From assembly GCA_000165425.1 (NCBI GenBank), contig CT868618.1, forward strand, positions 327,827 through 391,826: 64,000 nucleotides of DNA, written 5' to 3'. The stretch is from Paramecium tetraurelia (taxonomy: Eukaryota). Below are positions 24,801 through 36,817 of the stretch, piece by piece. The notes beneath the pieces are model-generated. The model saw only the letters and a program-made list of their open reading frames with translations, searched no databases and was not told the DNA's origin. Both the position numbers and the translations under genes were made by a program. The number at the start of each line of letters is the position of its first letter. The stretch's first letter is position 1.

Positions 24801-27800
24801 TATTCCTTTAGCATTTCTGATAGTTTAGCTTTATCTTATTTAGCCAATTCTTACTATTAATTAAATGATGATATTTATGAATTCAACTCTAAAATTTAGA
24901 GCTGATGTTTCTTGATTATTTCTTTATTTTGATTTTCTTTAGCTCGAAGATTCTAAATTTCTTAGTTAAGATTAAATTAGAGTTTACTTTAACCTGATTA
25001 TAATTATTCTATTTCTTCTAATAATTGCATGTTCTTTTAAGTAAGATCTTGATTCATCTAAACTAGCTCTTCATTCTCTTAATGTTAAGAATTCAATTCT
25101 TCAATCTTTTATTAATTGTCTTTTAAAAAGTTTGATCTTTCTTTTTTGATTTCTTATTGCAATTCTAAAATTCTAGATTCTAATTGTTATATTTAATCTT
25201 ATGAAGAGATTAATTCAGACTCTAGTTCACTCACCTTATTTTAGGCATTGTCAAGTGAAACTTACTTTTCATTTAATGAAATTTAGATTTTTTCAGCCTC
25301 CTCCAGTTCCTAATTTAATCTCAATATTTTATCATTTAATTATTTCTTTTCATCCTCGGAATCTTGTTGATGTTTTCTCATCTACTATTCTAACTACTGT
25401 ATTTGATTCTAAAGGATTTCTTCTTGTACATTAATAGTGATTACATCTTTTTATTTTGCAATAATCTATTCTTCCAATTACTTTACTTTGTTGTGTAATT
25501 CTTATTGTTCAAACTTTGCCTTTTGATGCTATTATTCAAATAATAGGCTTTATTGCTTTTATTGCTAGATGTGATCCTTCTTTTAGTTCAACAACATCTC
25601 TATTTCATGTTGTTTTCCTAATAAGATCTAATCTTTGAAATTTAAGGATTCCTATAATTTTTATATTGTTTGATTGAGAGTCGATACTTATTTTTCATGA
25701 TGATGGATTGCTCTATCTTACACTTAAATCTTTTAGTTTAATCCTTAAAGATCTTTAAGCTATTATTATAGTTAAATAACTTCTTAAGTTTTTTACTTTA
25801 ATATCTTATCTTTGTTATTAATTTAATCTTAATACTCATTATTAACCTTAGTTAAATCTCGTATTTGTTGTTCAAAGTTTGAGAGACTCTTATTCAAAGA
25901 ATCAATCTAAGATTTCAAATGTCCTTAAATCGTAGTTTATTCAACACTTTTGCTTCTGAGTTGTTCAGGAGTATCATTCAAAATCCTACTGTTACTTTCA
26001 TATTATTATATGATCTAATCCTTACTTTATATGGTGTTATCCAAAATATGAAGCTATTCTGTATGTTCTTCTTCAAGTCTCATGATTTAAGTCTTAAGAT
26101 TGTTGATTTCATCCTCATAATCTAACAATTTAGTTTCTTATTGCTTGTATGCAAATTAGGCTTAATGTAAATCATTCTCTAATTGCTTAATCAATTATTG
26201 TTATGTTTCTAATTCTTGTTAAGACACCAAATCCAAATGGAAGAGACTTTACTGTTCTGAATTTCGATTTTCGAAATCCTCTTTTTGTGTCTATAAAGAT
26301 TAGACAATTTATTTGTTCATTTACTGATCTCTTTAATATTAATCAGATAGCTCTTAGTAGGACTATTTTAAATCGTTGTATTTCGATTTCATTTCCTGAA
26401 ACTTAATTTGATTTTATCCATTTTCTCGTTCTTTCTCTTCTTTTTCAGATTTGAGTTTTGAAATTTGTTAGTTAAGCTGTTCAACTTCTTAGTTACAATC
26501 CCGTAAGCCGAGTCTAAGATAATGATTGAGTATATGTCATACTTATTCTGTTTTTACTTGAGATCCACTATTTCTTGACTTAACGATTTTAGCTTTTAAC
26601 TTGAATCATCTTTATAATGTTAATACTCAGAATTTGCTTCAGATTTTTATTTCTGCACTAAATAATTAAAATATTTTTACGTTGTTTCTCACTCTCTACC
26701 ATTTTAGAGAGTTGTAATTTAAGTAATTTATTTTCATTTTCCAATTACTTAACCTTTTTTTGATACTCTTATATTAGTTCATGTTCATCATCGATTTATT
26801 ATTTTAAATTACTAATTTCACTCTCTTTTTCTGCCATAAGATCTTAGAATTAACTTAATTAGTTATCCAACAATTTTTGTTGGGTGTTCTTGGAATCAAG
26901 ACTGGATTAGGATTCCACAAGAGGGTTTTTGTGTTTGAATTTATCATTCTCAGAGTAAGTGTCCTAAGGTCTATAAGAACTTTGCAATTAATTAGAGAAT
27001 TATTTATTTGATAATTCTAATTATTGTTTTTTATTTTACAATTTATTTACTTTAGCTTCCAACTTTGTGACAACAGCAAATAAATTTTTATTTTTTGTAT
27101 TTAAATCTTTGTTTTAAATTTCTTACTAGCGCAATTAAGTGTTTATTTCAATCAACTTATTGTGATCTTAATCTCGACTTTAGAAACTATTGGCTATAAT
27201 TGAATAAAGCTATTCGAAGGATTGAGGATAAGAATTTTGATGTTTCTCCACCAAAGAGTAGAGCTTATTGAGTTCATCCCTCTTGAATAATTAACTAATA
27301 TTTGTGTTCTAAAGTTGATAAATAGAAATTTGTGCAGTTTAACAAATTTGATTGATTATGTGCTGCATGGTATTCCATCCTGCAACGATCTCTCGAATAT
27401 CTTTGAGCACTAGCATCTACAGTTTTTGTGAGGATCGCTAATTCTGCAATAACTTGGCATTGATTGATATGAAGGATAACTCTTAAAGAATTTCAGTCAG
27501 CAAATCATCCGCCCTATATAGGTCAAAGGCTAGTCATACCTTATTTGTTCTGTTTTGTAAGTGCCAGTGTCATCCACTCTCTTAAGCAACTTTTCCAAAG
27601 GTTTTGTAGCAAATTAAAAGTTATCACTACTCATTCTACTCTGAAGCAGATTTGATTTTAGGGCGGATATTTTTTTCTCGATTTACTAGTGATTATCCTT
27701 CAGCAAATTAAATCTCAGGGAAGAACCCATCAGTCTATCAGAATCCTAATCTTGATGTTTCGTTGTGTAGGAATCAATAAGAAGATTTTAAGAATTGCGA

Positions 27801-27910
27801 GGACCGTAAATGCCTGGAGACATAATTTATCTCAAAGAATGGGGCGAACATATTCCAGGTTGAGGAGAATAAAATGCTGTCTGAGTATTTTATCTGCTTT
27901 ATTTTTGCAT
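21821..27910 (-). CDS. very large (about 2000 aa) coiled-coil protein with a C-terminal GRIP-like domain (golgin-like)
   Basis: About 6 kb of Q/E/K/L heptads under the ciliate code. The C-terminus reads HLRDCLKKFLTAC...ILNTLFQFLEFSEKEKEEI. Confidence 0.75.
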
Positions 27911-27947
27911 TATTCAAATTATAAATAAATTTATAATAACAACAAAT

Positions 27948-29289
27948 TCACATTTCTATTAGATTATTTGATATTTCAACCCAAACTGTTTAATATTACT
28001 GGAAGGATGAAGTCATCAACTTCACCATCTTTTCCAAGTACTCCTTAATTTATAGAGAAGTGTAATTAATAATCTAATCAACAGTTTGATAAGCTCTCTA
28101 ATTGAGAGCTCCGAATTGATTCTTCAATTGCAATTGCTATGCATTCTCCTAAAAACACTTGAATTAAATAAATTACAGTCTAGCACATGCATTAGAATGC
28201 AATTTGAGGATTTGATTTTATTTAATCTATTTTGAAATGATCCAAAAAGCTTTCATCCAAATCCCATTTTACAACTTCGCCAATTTGGTACAATTTCTCT
28301 TTCTTTAATTTTAATTGTTGAGAAAAGTCTTGATACGAGTTCAGGGATTTCTCTCTCAAGATTAGTAGCTCTTTGAGAGGTTGTGTTTGATGATACTGAA
28401 ATCTCTATTGGGGATAAATAGTCTCATTCAAGATCTTTATTTGATTAGATTCAAATTTCTACGAAGATTCAAACAAGTCGTTTAAATTCTTATAGCAATC
28501 TTTCAGTCTAGTATTTTGAGCTTTGGATTCTCGAAATAATTCCTTGTACACCTCAGTTAATTGAATCAAAGTATGGTTTTTTTATTGCATTTACTTCATC
28601 AACTACTTGATTAACTTATATGCCTTCTTTTGAATAGGTGATATGTTCGTTAAAAAGTAATCAGACTATTTAATAAAATTAGTGATTTGTGAATTTATTC
28701 TAACGCTAACTTCACCACTCATATTTGAAAAATTAATCTATTGATTATTTGTAAATTATTCTGCTGATAGAAATTCCTAAACAATAGTTAAATTTCTTAT
28801 TTCGCTGTCTCCAAGGATGAAATTCAGAAACATTTGCAAATGTCTTAACTGTTTAATATATGTAAAATCTACAGGGGACTTCTTTTGATTTGGGATGTTG
28901 GGGACTGTAAAATTTTTATTCAGAGTACTTTTGAGCAGAATGAAGTCATCATAAGTTCTCTTGACCACCCAATTAATGGGTTTGGTTTCAATTTTAAAAT
29001 AAACAGATGTGTTCTTAAAAATGCCTTTTTAAATCTTCTCATAACCAACAACCATAGCTTTTGCATCCTATATTTCCGCCAGAGCATTAGGGATAGTCTT
29101 GTTGCATTTTAAAATGGCAGCATAATCATTTTGTGAATCCTAAAATTTCTTAACAAATTCGATTAATTCATCATAATCCCATTGCTCAAGATCGTGACGC
29201 TGATCAATGCTTTTTTGAAATGCTTCAATGTTGTACCCCTTTTCAATAATTTCTTTGACTAATAAATTCTGTTTTTATTACAAAGACAT
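27948..29289 (-). CDS. PX-domain sorting nexin with a C-terminal coiled coil (SNX-BAR-like)
   Basis: VKRTYDDFILLKSTL...VPNIP...LQMFLNFILGDSEIR is the PX core, followed by a helical C-terminal half. Confidence 0.85.
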
Positions 29290-29344
29290 CTCTATTAAAT
29301 ATTTATTATTATTATTTATATAAAAATAGATCATTAAATTTTCT

Positions 29345-29850
29345 TTCTCCCCTACGACAAATCATTGCAGTAATTTGATTCAATTACCTAGTTAATATTT
29401 TGACAAATTCTCTATTGTGCGAAGGATAGGTTGTTGAGAAGACTAATCCATTTGGTCTTTCAATAGCTTTTTAAAGTACTTTCTATTATCTTTTCTCCCA
29501 TTGATGAAATTCTAACCCTGTGAATGAATGAGTTTGTTATTGGGATTAATTCTGGAGAATACCAATTTATATAGCAATAGATTATGTTGTTTCTTTGATA
29601 TCACCAGTAATCATGACAACTGAAATACCTGCTATTTTGCATTTTTTTAATGGACCTCTTGGTTTTTGGTTTTGGTGGATCTTATAAGGTAACAACACCA
29701 ATAATAATTGGTTTATTTTCTAAATCCTCATAATAATATGTATTAAAGTGTCACATTCTTCTTTGTGCACAGATGGTCAATGTTCTTAATCCCTTTTCTG
29801 CTAAATTCTTAACAATTGCTAAAGTTAATTCTTATTTTCATCTGAGGAGA
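29345..29850 (-). pseudogene. decayed fragment of a SERCA-type P-type Ca2+-ATPase (P-domain region)
   Basis: LAEKGLRTLTIC...IIGVVTLQDPPKPKTKRSIKK, then a frameshift, then CKIAGISVVMITGDIKETTQSIAIQIGI...SFTGLEF...LVFSTTYPSH...NQITAMI. The TGDGVND motif, TM helices and the rest of the gene are absent. Confidence 0.85.
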
Positions 29851-30326
29851 TAAAAAGGATTATCATTTAAAAGTACTATTATATTAACATAATGTAATTG
29901 TTAGTAGAATTATTTCATGAATTAGAATTGCTTTGTTGATAACACAACTCTAGCTCTTTAACAAATTTTAAGGTTTTGAAAATTTTATAAATAAAACAAA
30001 TATCTTTAATGTATTAAATTGTTTCAATAGTTCGAATTGAATCATCTATCACAATTTCTTATTTTTGTTCAAATCTCTATAATTTTATTGTTAAAATCTT
30101 AATTAAAACCCCCCATTTATCTATACTTTTTATTAATATTTATTTACTGTTTATCCTAGTTGTATGTTTTAGATAATGTTTATAATTATTAGATTTATAA
30201 TCTTTAAAATAAATGAAATTACAAGAATTAAAAATAAGTCTAAAATTAAATAAATTAAATTTAACCTATTTTTACTAAATAATTTGGTATACAAATAAAT
30301 TCACAATATAAATTTTTTTCTATATT

Positions 30327-31492
30327 TCAAGAGCAATATTTTTTTTCAACCCTGAAGGCAGGATTGTTTTAATCCAAAGCAGAACTTTTAACCTTTTTTG
30401 GATTTTAATCTTGAGTTCCCTAACTTATGTTACCTTGCTTCTCTGATGGTTCAATATCTTGAGATTTTGCAGTAAACTTAGAACTGGAGAAATAAGTAGA
30501 ATCTGATACAACACTAAATCTGGTTGACTCTTAAGCAGATGACCTACATTTAATTGGAGTTAGTCGAAGAACACTTGAATTATTCTTACATCTTAACATC
30601 TTGATTACCCAGTTTGAATTCAAGACTTACTAGATATTAATTCGTTTTTAATGTGCTAGCATTTATTGCAACAACAATAGGCACTCTTTAGATAAATTTT
30701 CATTGAATTTGATTGGTTATTTACTACAAATTTTTTCATACAACTCCTCTTTTTATTTGGCTCTAAACAATAGTTCACCATGCAACATATACTGTAAAAT
30801 TATTAATGAATTTAGCTTACATATAATAGAACTCCCAAGGCCCAGATGTCTACTCCTTTGTCATGAATTTCTTTTCTTATGACTTCAGGTGGCATGTATT
30901 CAGTCGTACCACAAATACAAGGCTTAGCTTTACCACCATTTGGTAAAAAGGTTGACCAATTGAAATCACAAACTTTCACATCGCTATTTTACAATAAGAT
31001 ATTATCAGCCTTTATGTCTCTATGAATGATGTCTTTTTCATGTAAATAGAGGATGGCTTGTGCTATTTGATAGAAATAATGGAATGCCTCTTCTTCAGTT
31101 AGTTTATTTCTTTTTCTAATCAGATCATTTAAGGTTCCATGTTTGCAATACTCTAACACTATATAGATATTATCTCTGTCTTCAAAATGCTCGATGTATT
31201 CCACAATATTTTTATGTTTGCATGCTTGCAAATAATTTAATTCATTTAAGATGTGCTAGGTGGCAAAGATTTGTTTCATATAACTTTTTGATATCTATAT
31301 ATGTCATATAAGTACTATTTTTATTGCAAACTTTTTTTTAATCGTATGATTTAATGCCAGTTTAACTTTACCATAAGTTCCACTTCCTAACTCGATCTGC
31401 AGAACTTCATACTAATCCTTAAGCAATTTCTTTTGAGTTGGAGGTGCAAAGCTTTGTGGTTTAGGTGGCAAGTTATAGTAATATTAATTCAT
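30327..31492 (-). CDS. Aurora-like Ser/Thr kinase with DFN in place of DFG
   Basis: LGSGTYGKVKL, FAIK, HRDIKADNILL, VCDFNWS, CGTTEYMPPEV, DIWALG. Confidence 0.9.
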
Positions 31493-31695
31493 TTAAAATG
31501 AAAATAAACAAAAATAAATATTAAGTTGATGAATGAAAATACCAATTCTATTTAATTTATTCATTTTAATTAAACTAAAATATGACTTCAATAAAACTCA
31601 TAGAACTCTTGCTGATTTATAGGTATTTCTATTTCATTAAACAAATCAAGGTATTCAAAATTTAAGTAGTATTATTATATTATTAATTTTAATTT

Positions 31696-32792
31696 ATGAA
31701 AATAATTATCAAAACCTTAAGTGGATAAACCTTTGATATTGAAGTACAACCAACAGAAACAGTAACTCTGATTTTCAAATTAGGTTCTAAACATCAAAGA
31801 AAAAATTGAATAGAATAAATAATTCGAAATAGCCTAATAAAAACTTTTAAGAAAAGGAACTCTTTTGCAAAATGAATAAACTGTTGCTGAATTGGGACTT
31901 CAGGAAAAAGACTTTCTTGTTGTCATGGTCAATGTCAAAGTAAAGAATTCAACTACATAAATCTAGAAAGGACCTCCTCAACAACAACCTGTTTAATAAC
32001 AAGTGCAATAGCCACCTTAGTAGCCACAACCTGTCTAGCCATAATAACCAATATAAGCGTTTAAGCCAGTCGTTGCTCCCGCTCCATAAAATATGGTGAC
32101 TGGCTCCGAATATGATGCAGCCATTCAAAATTTGATTTAAATGGGATTTGCTAAATCTGAATGTGAAGCAGCCATGAAGGCAGCCTATAACAATCCGGAT
32201 AGAGCTATCGAATATTTACTAAATGTAATTTAACATTATGCTATAGAAGGGTATTCCTGTAGTTAATCAACCACCACCTCCCCCATAGGCTTAAAATGAA
32301 AATCAGGAACATCAGAATGCATTGTAATAATTGAGAGAATAATTTATTTAAAATCCAGAGGCAATCCTTTAGTTGCTGCCACAATTACAACAAACAAATC
32401 CCTAATTATATTAGGTATTTAAAATCCTTAAGTTTTAATAGTAAATTTAACAGAATCCTGAGGCTTTAGTTTAGTTAATTTTGGGCGGTCATCAGGGGGG
32501 AGAAGATGAAATAGAGACCGAGATCACTTAAGAGGAGGAATAGCAACTCAATTAGTTAATCATGATGGGGTTTACTAAGGAGGATGCTCTCGAAGGATTT
32601 TTGGCTTGTGATAAAAATGTGGAGACGGCAGCTTCGTATTTATTTGAGAAACAAGCAAGGGGGGACTTATTGAGTATCAAATCGCATTTATATGTAGGTC
32701 AACACTATGAGAGAGAGGAGAACAATCCTGACAATTATCATGATGAAGGGAACGAAGAAGAAGATGATAATGATGATGATTAATATTTATGA
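31696..32792 (+). CDS. RAD23: UV excision repair / proteasome shuttle protein RAD23 (UBL-UBA-XPCB-UBA)
   Basis: MKIIIKTLSGQTFDIEV UBL; MVTGSEYDAAIQNLIQMGF...AMKAAYNNPDRAIEYL; QLQQTNPQLYQ; MGFTKEDALEGFLACDKNVETAASYLFE. Confidence 0.95.
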
Positions 32793-32794
32793 AT

Positions 32795-34737
32795 TCATAT
32801 TATTAAATCATTTAGACCACCATACTTCTTCGGGATTACTGAAATATCAATGTCTCTTGATAGGACCTGCAGTATTTCTTTTGGGTCTTTCCCAGCGAAG
32901 GCCATTTTCTCTATAGTCCTCTTTGGTAGAAATTTCTTAACTATGTTATAAATCGACTTGGCAAGCCAGTCAGTATTTATTACAATATTCCTTATCTGTC
33001 GTTCTGGATACTTCATAAAAACGTATGTCATCAGAGCTTTTATCAGATCCAAGCTAACATTTTTTCTACTCAAGTTAAAGCAATCAATTATTAAGATTTA
33101 ACAATCAATATGTCCTCTCATACTGTTATACATTATTACACATGATTTATTACTTACTAATGTTATGTTCCATCAAACAACAGAAATATTCAATAAAAGT
33201 TTCAATCGTTGGATTAGGTTCCTTATATTCATCAGGCAATATATTTTCAGCTCTTATGTAAAATATTGGATGTCCCACCTATTCGCATAACAATCAAATA
33301 TTACATTGCCTTCCCCTAGCATGATCAAGATATTCTATTTTCTAAAGTAGTCATACTTCTCCTTACGATGGTCATAAGAGTTAATGTTGTTTTATTTTCT
33401 CCATTCTAGAATATCTGTAAGCATTTTTTCAGACGCGCTTAAATCAAATTGTCTCGCTTAGAGGTGTCGAATCAATGTATTATCATTCAATGCCAAATTT
33501 TTCATTTTGACTCTGAATTGATTCAAGATCTCCTTTTCTCTATCCTAAATCATTATATAACTGGTTCAATACGTTCAATTAAGTAAATCTTAAATGTTTC
33601 TCTTCATTTTACAAGGCAGGATGGTTTCTGTTAGGGTTGACATCCTAAAATCCCAGACGATCATTAGGTAGAAAATATATTTCTAAACCACCAACGCTAT
33701 TTTGCTGTTGCTTATTATTCTGTGTCTCTTAAACGACTTCAGATTTCTCTTGAATTTTATCAATTATCTAATTAATGCAATCAAATATCTACGTGATCAT
33801 ATTCATAATTTATTATTTAGTGATTGATTATATACTCTTTGGCAAATTTATGCATCAATTTATCATTAGACTTCTTAAGTACAATAATAATCTGACATTA
33901 TGTCTAATTTGAATGTCGATCATTTTCAAATAATTAGAAATTAATCTACTTTATTTATGAATATCTTACTGTTAACAATTGAGAATTTAATACATTTCTT
34001 TAGATGATAAAATAACTTGATTTTATTTATTATTTTCTTAAGTAAGTGAAATGAATATGAGTTTGATGTCTATGCTTTTTTTATTTCCCGCAACTCAGAG
34101 AGTATTATTGAGAATATTGATTTGAATTTATGGTTTAATGGTTCTTTAAGCCTGGCTAAAAATATATCAAATTGTTTTCATTCATAAATATTTTCTTAAC
34201 CATTTTAATAGGTTTCCCTATGGTCCATTCACCTTTCAAAAAGTGAAATTTGCTATCGTCTGAATAATACAATCGAAGTTTATCATAGATCTTGTGCAGT
34301 TTCCAATTTTAATTTTATTATAAAAGTTCAATTTCATCATTAGTCTCATCCTCAATTGTTGTATGCAATGTATGATGGCTAATCAAAGCTGGTTATGCTT
34401 CCAATAACTTCTTTGGTAGGAAATATAATTACTATTGATAGTTTAAGTTGAGCAACCCACTCTTCAGCATCCTTCAATGAAATAGCTCTGTATACTGTTG
34501 AGTATTCCTTGTGGATCAAGGTGAAATAAAATAGATCATCTACTTTCTCTGGGCCCTCCACTTTGACTTATTCCAAAGTAATAACTTCATTTGGAGAATG
34601 TGACTGAAACTTGTATTAAATTTTACCTAATCATTTTCAAATTTAAAGAAGTGCTTATGATCCAAATAGTAATAATTAGAAATCCAAAACAATTATTTTG
34701 TTTAAAGATAACCATGTTTATATGAGTATTGATTCAT
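32795..34737 (-). CDS. PH, START-like and CRAL-TRIO/SEC14 lipid-binding protein (single spliced gene)
   Basis: PH (KHGYLQTK...YFTLIHKEYSTVYRAISLKDAEEWVAQLK); START-like (NWKLHKIYDKLRLY...FTYLRK...YFIIQRNV); a 25-nt intron at 33768-33792 joins these in frame to CRAL-TRIO (LIRHLQARQFDL...KYPERQIRNIVIN...IPKKYGG). Confidence 0.75.
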
Positions 34738-35106
34738 TAATTTTATTATTACAATTCTGATATATAAAAAAAACCATTCTCTTATATAAATTAATCAAGA
34801 ATAATCCTTAATTCTTAAATATTTAATCATCCTGGAAGCTTGATAGAATATGTGAGAAATATCTAAGGAGACTGCTTCTACCACAACAATACTGAGTAAA
34901 ATGATTCGTATGAACCCTATTGATTGTTTATTTTCGATTGAAAGAATCATTTTAATAAAGGTGTTATGTTGAGATTTAATAGATGATAATGCTTAAAGTA
35001 TATCGTAAGGCACACTTCTAGTAAGTGATCACGATACCAATCAATAGATTAAATATCAATTACAAAATGCAATCTTTTAATAAATGAATAAAAAATGTAA
35101 CTGAGA

Positions 35107-35376
35107 TCATTTCAAAATGATTTCAGCATTATCATTAGCACCTTTTAAAAGCATTTAATCTTAAAAGTCAAGGACATTCAACTTTTTGGCTGCTTTCAAT
35201 GTATCAACAAGAGCAGTTCGAATATTGACATAGAATACTTCAAAATATTGCTATATTCTCTCGTCTTTGTATAATACTCCAAATTTAACAACGTATTTTC
35301 CTTCGGCATTCTTTGTACCCAATCGTTAAATATCCCTCCTTAAGTTATCGATTTCATCCTAATTTATGACTTACAT
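35107..35376 (-). CDS. Costars family protein (ABRACL-like) carrying an 8-codon insertion
   Basis: DIQRLGTKNAEGKYVVKFGVLYKDERIQQYFE[VFYVNIRT]ALVDTLKAAKKLNVLDFQDQMLLKGANDNAEIILK*. Confidence 0.85.
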
Positions 35377-35985
35377 TAAATTTATTTTAATAATAAATCT
35401 TGTTTCAAAAGAATATTTCATTTAAAATACATAAAATATTAACAATACATTTTAAATAATTGTTTTCCTATAAAGCAATTTAAATAAATATAAAAAATTG
35501 ATCCTTTTCAATTCGAAAACTAAATAATGTTAGTTAAATGCAATGGATTAGATTTAAGTTGTAGTAAATTTTGTTTGAGTTTTCTGAATTCTAAATTTAT
35601 AAGAACTAAATTAATGTCACAAAAATAACCGATTTCAAACATAAATTTTCCCAATTCTTCAAGACAGTGTACTTTAAAATTATAATTTTGTGTTGCAATT
35701 CATAATTAGAATAAAGTCATAATGCGCGTTCCCACTATTAAATTTGTGAATATTTAGTTATTATCTTTTTTTGACTTATATTTCAATCTTTAAACTCAAA
35801 ACATGGGCAAATCAATTCGAAATATCAAAATTGTTTCTTTTTCTCTGCTGTTAATTCTCCATATAGAATTAACACTGTTTTTAAATATCATGAGACAGTC
35901 TATTTCCCTTTTGATTGTTCTTGATTCTCTTATAATTTATTTACTTCGGATCCAATAATATTATTATATAATTAATTCAATATAA

Positions 35986-36650
35986 TCAATTTAATTTATT
36001 TCTAGTTAAAGTTTGCATCATTTACTTTTACGACTAAGACATCATCCCTTTGGTTAACTACGATATCAGTTGCTTATTATATGCGCATAATATACTTGCT
36101 GTTCTTAATTTATTCTTTTATTTTCGATGCATTCAGCTAGCATTGCTTTGATGCACCTCCAGATTTATTTAAGATTAGGCATTTGATCTGCTGAAAAATA
36201 GTCAGGAGGGGAGCATGACACTACTAGGTCTTTTAAGCAAGAAATAAATTTATTTTGTTCCTTTAGTTTGAGTTTCTATTCGTTTATTTTGATTAAGCAA
36301 AGTGAATGCAATTTGGGTTCAAATATGTTTTCCTTGTTTATCAAGCCGATCTCATTAAAGACTTATGACACAAATGTTTATAGTCTTTGTACGTTTGCAT
36401 AATTTGCAATCATCTTTTCAAGCACTTCAACTTGATGTTGCAGCTAATGGATTTATTCTTCCTATTTCTTGATTAATTCATTTTAATCATTGTTGAGGGA
36501 AACTTCATGCACTGAAGAGTAATTCATGTTCTGAAATTGCAACATATCTATGTCCTCTGATTTAGAACTCTTGTGCTATCGAAATGGATGAAGACGGGGA
36601 GATTATAATGTTTTAAAAGAGTCATAGTTATCGTATGTTTTACATCTCAT
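35986..36650 (-). CDS. hypothetical coiled-coil protein
   Basis: MRCKTYDNYDSF...CSPPDYF...KQIWRCIKAML..., one 23-nt intron, ends RNKLN*. Confidence 0.65.
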
Positions 36651-36817
36651 TTTGAATTATTGAATTTAAAACTATTTGTTATTTTTATTATTATTTTAAC
36701 AATTTAAATTATCATAAAAAACAACAATAAAAGAATATTTTTGATATATGTGACCCAGTGTTCATAATCTAATTTTGCATCTTAATTTGTATTAATTTAA
36801 TTTTTAATTAAATTATA

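Noticed and set aside
33781..33806. Separate SEC14 gene starting at ATG 33806
   Set aside because: That start would overlap the upstream CDS, whereas a canonical 25-nt intron fuses the frames. It remains the alternative model.
34830..35105. Coding-like plus-strand stretch
   Set aside because: Interrupted by TGA, with no clear start or family resemblance.
35215..35238. Costars insertion as a retained IES
   Set aside because: It is not bounded by TA repeats and is shorter than the roughly 26-bp minimum IES size. It fits an intron relic better.
35400..35980. Unusually long intergenic region with coding-like patches
   Set aside because: Stops in all frames and no identifiable family. It may be a relic but cannot be supported.
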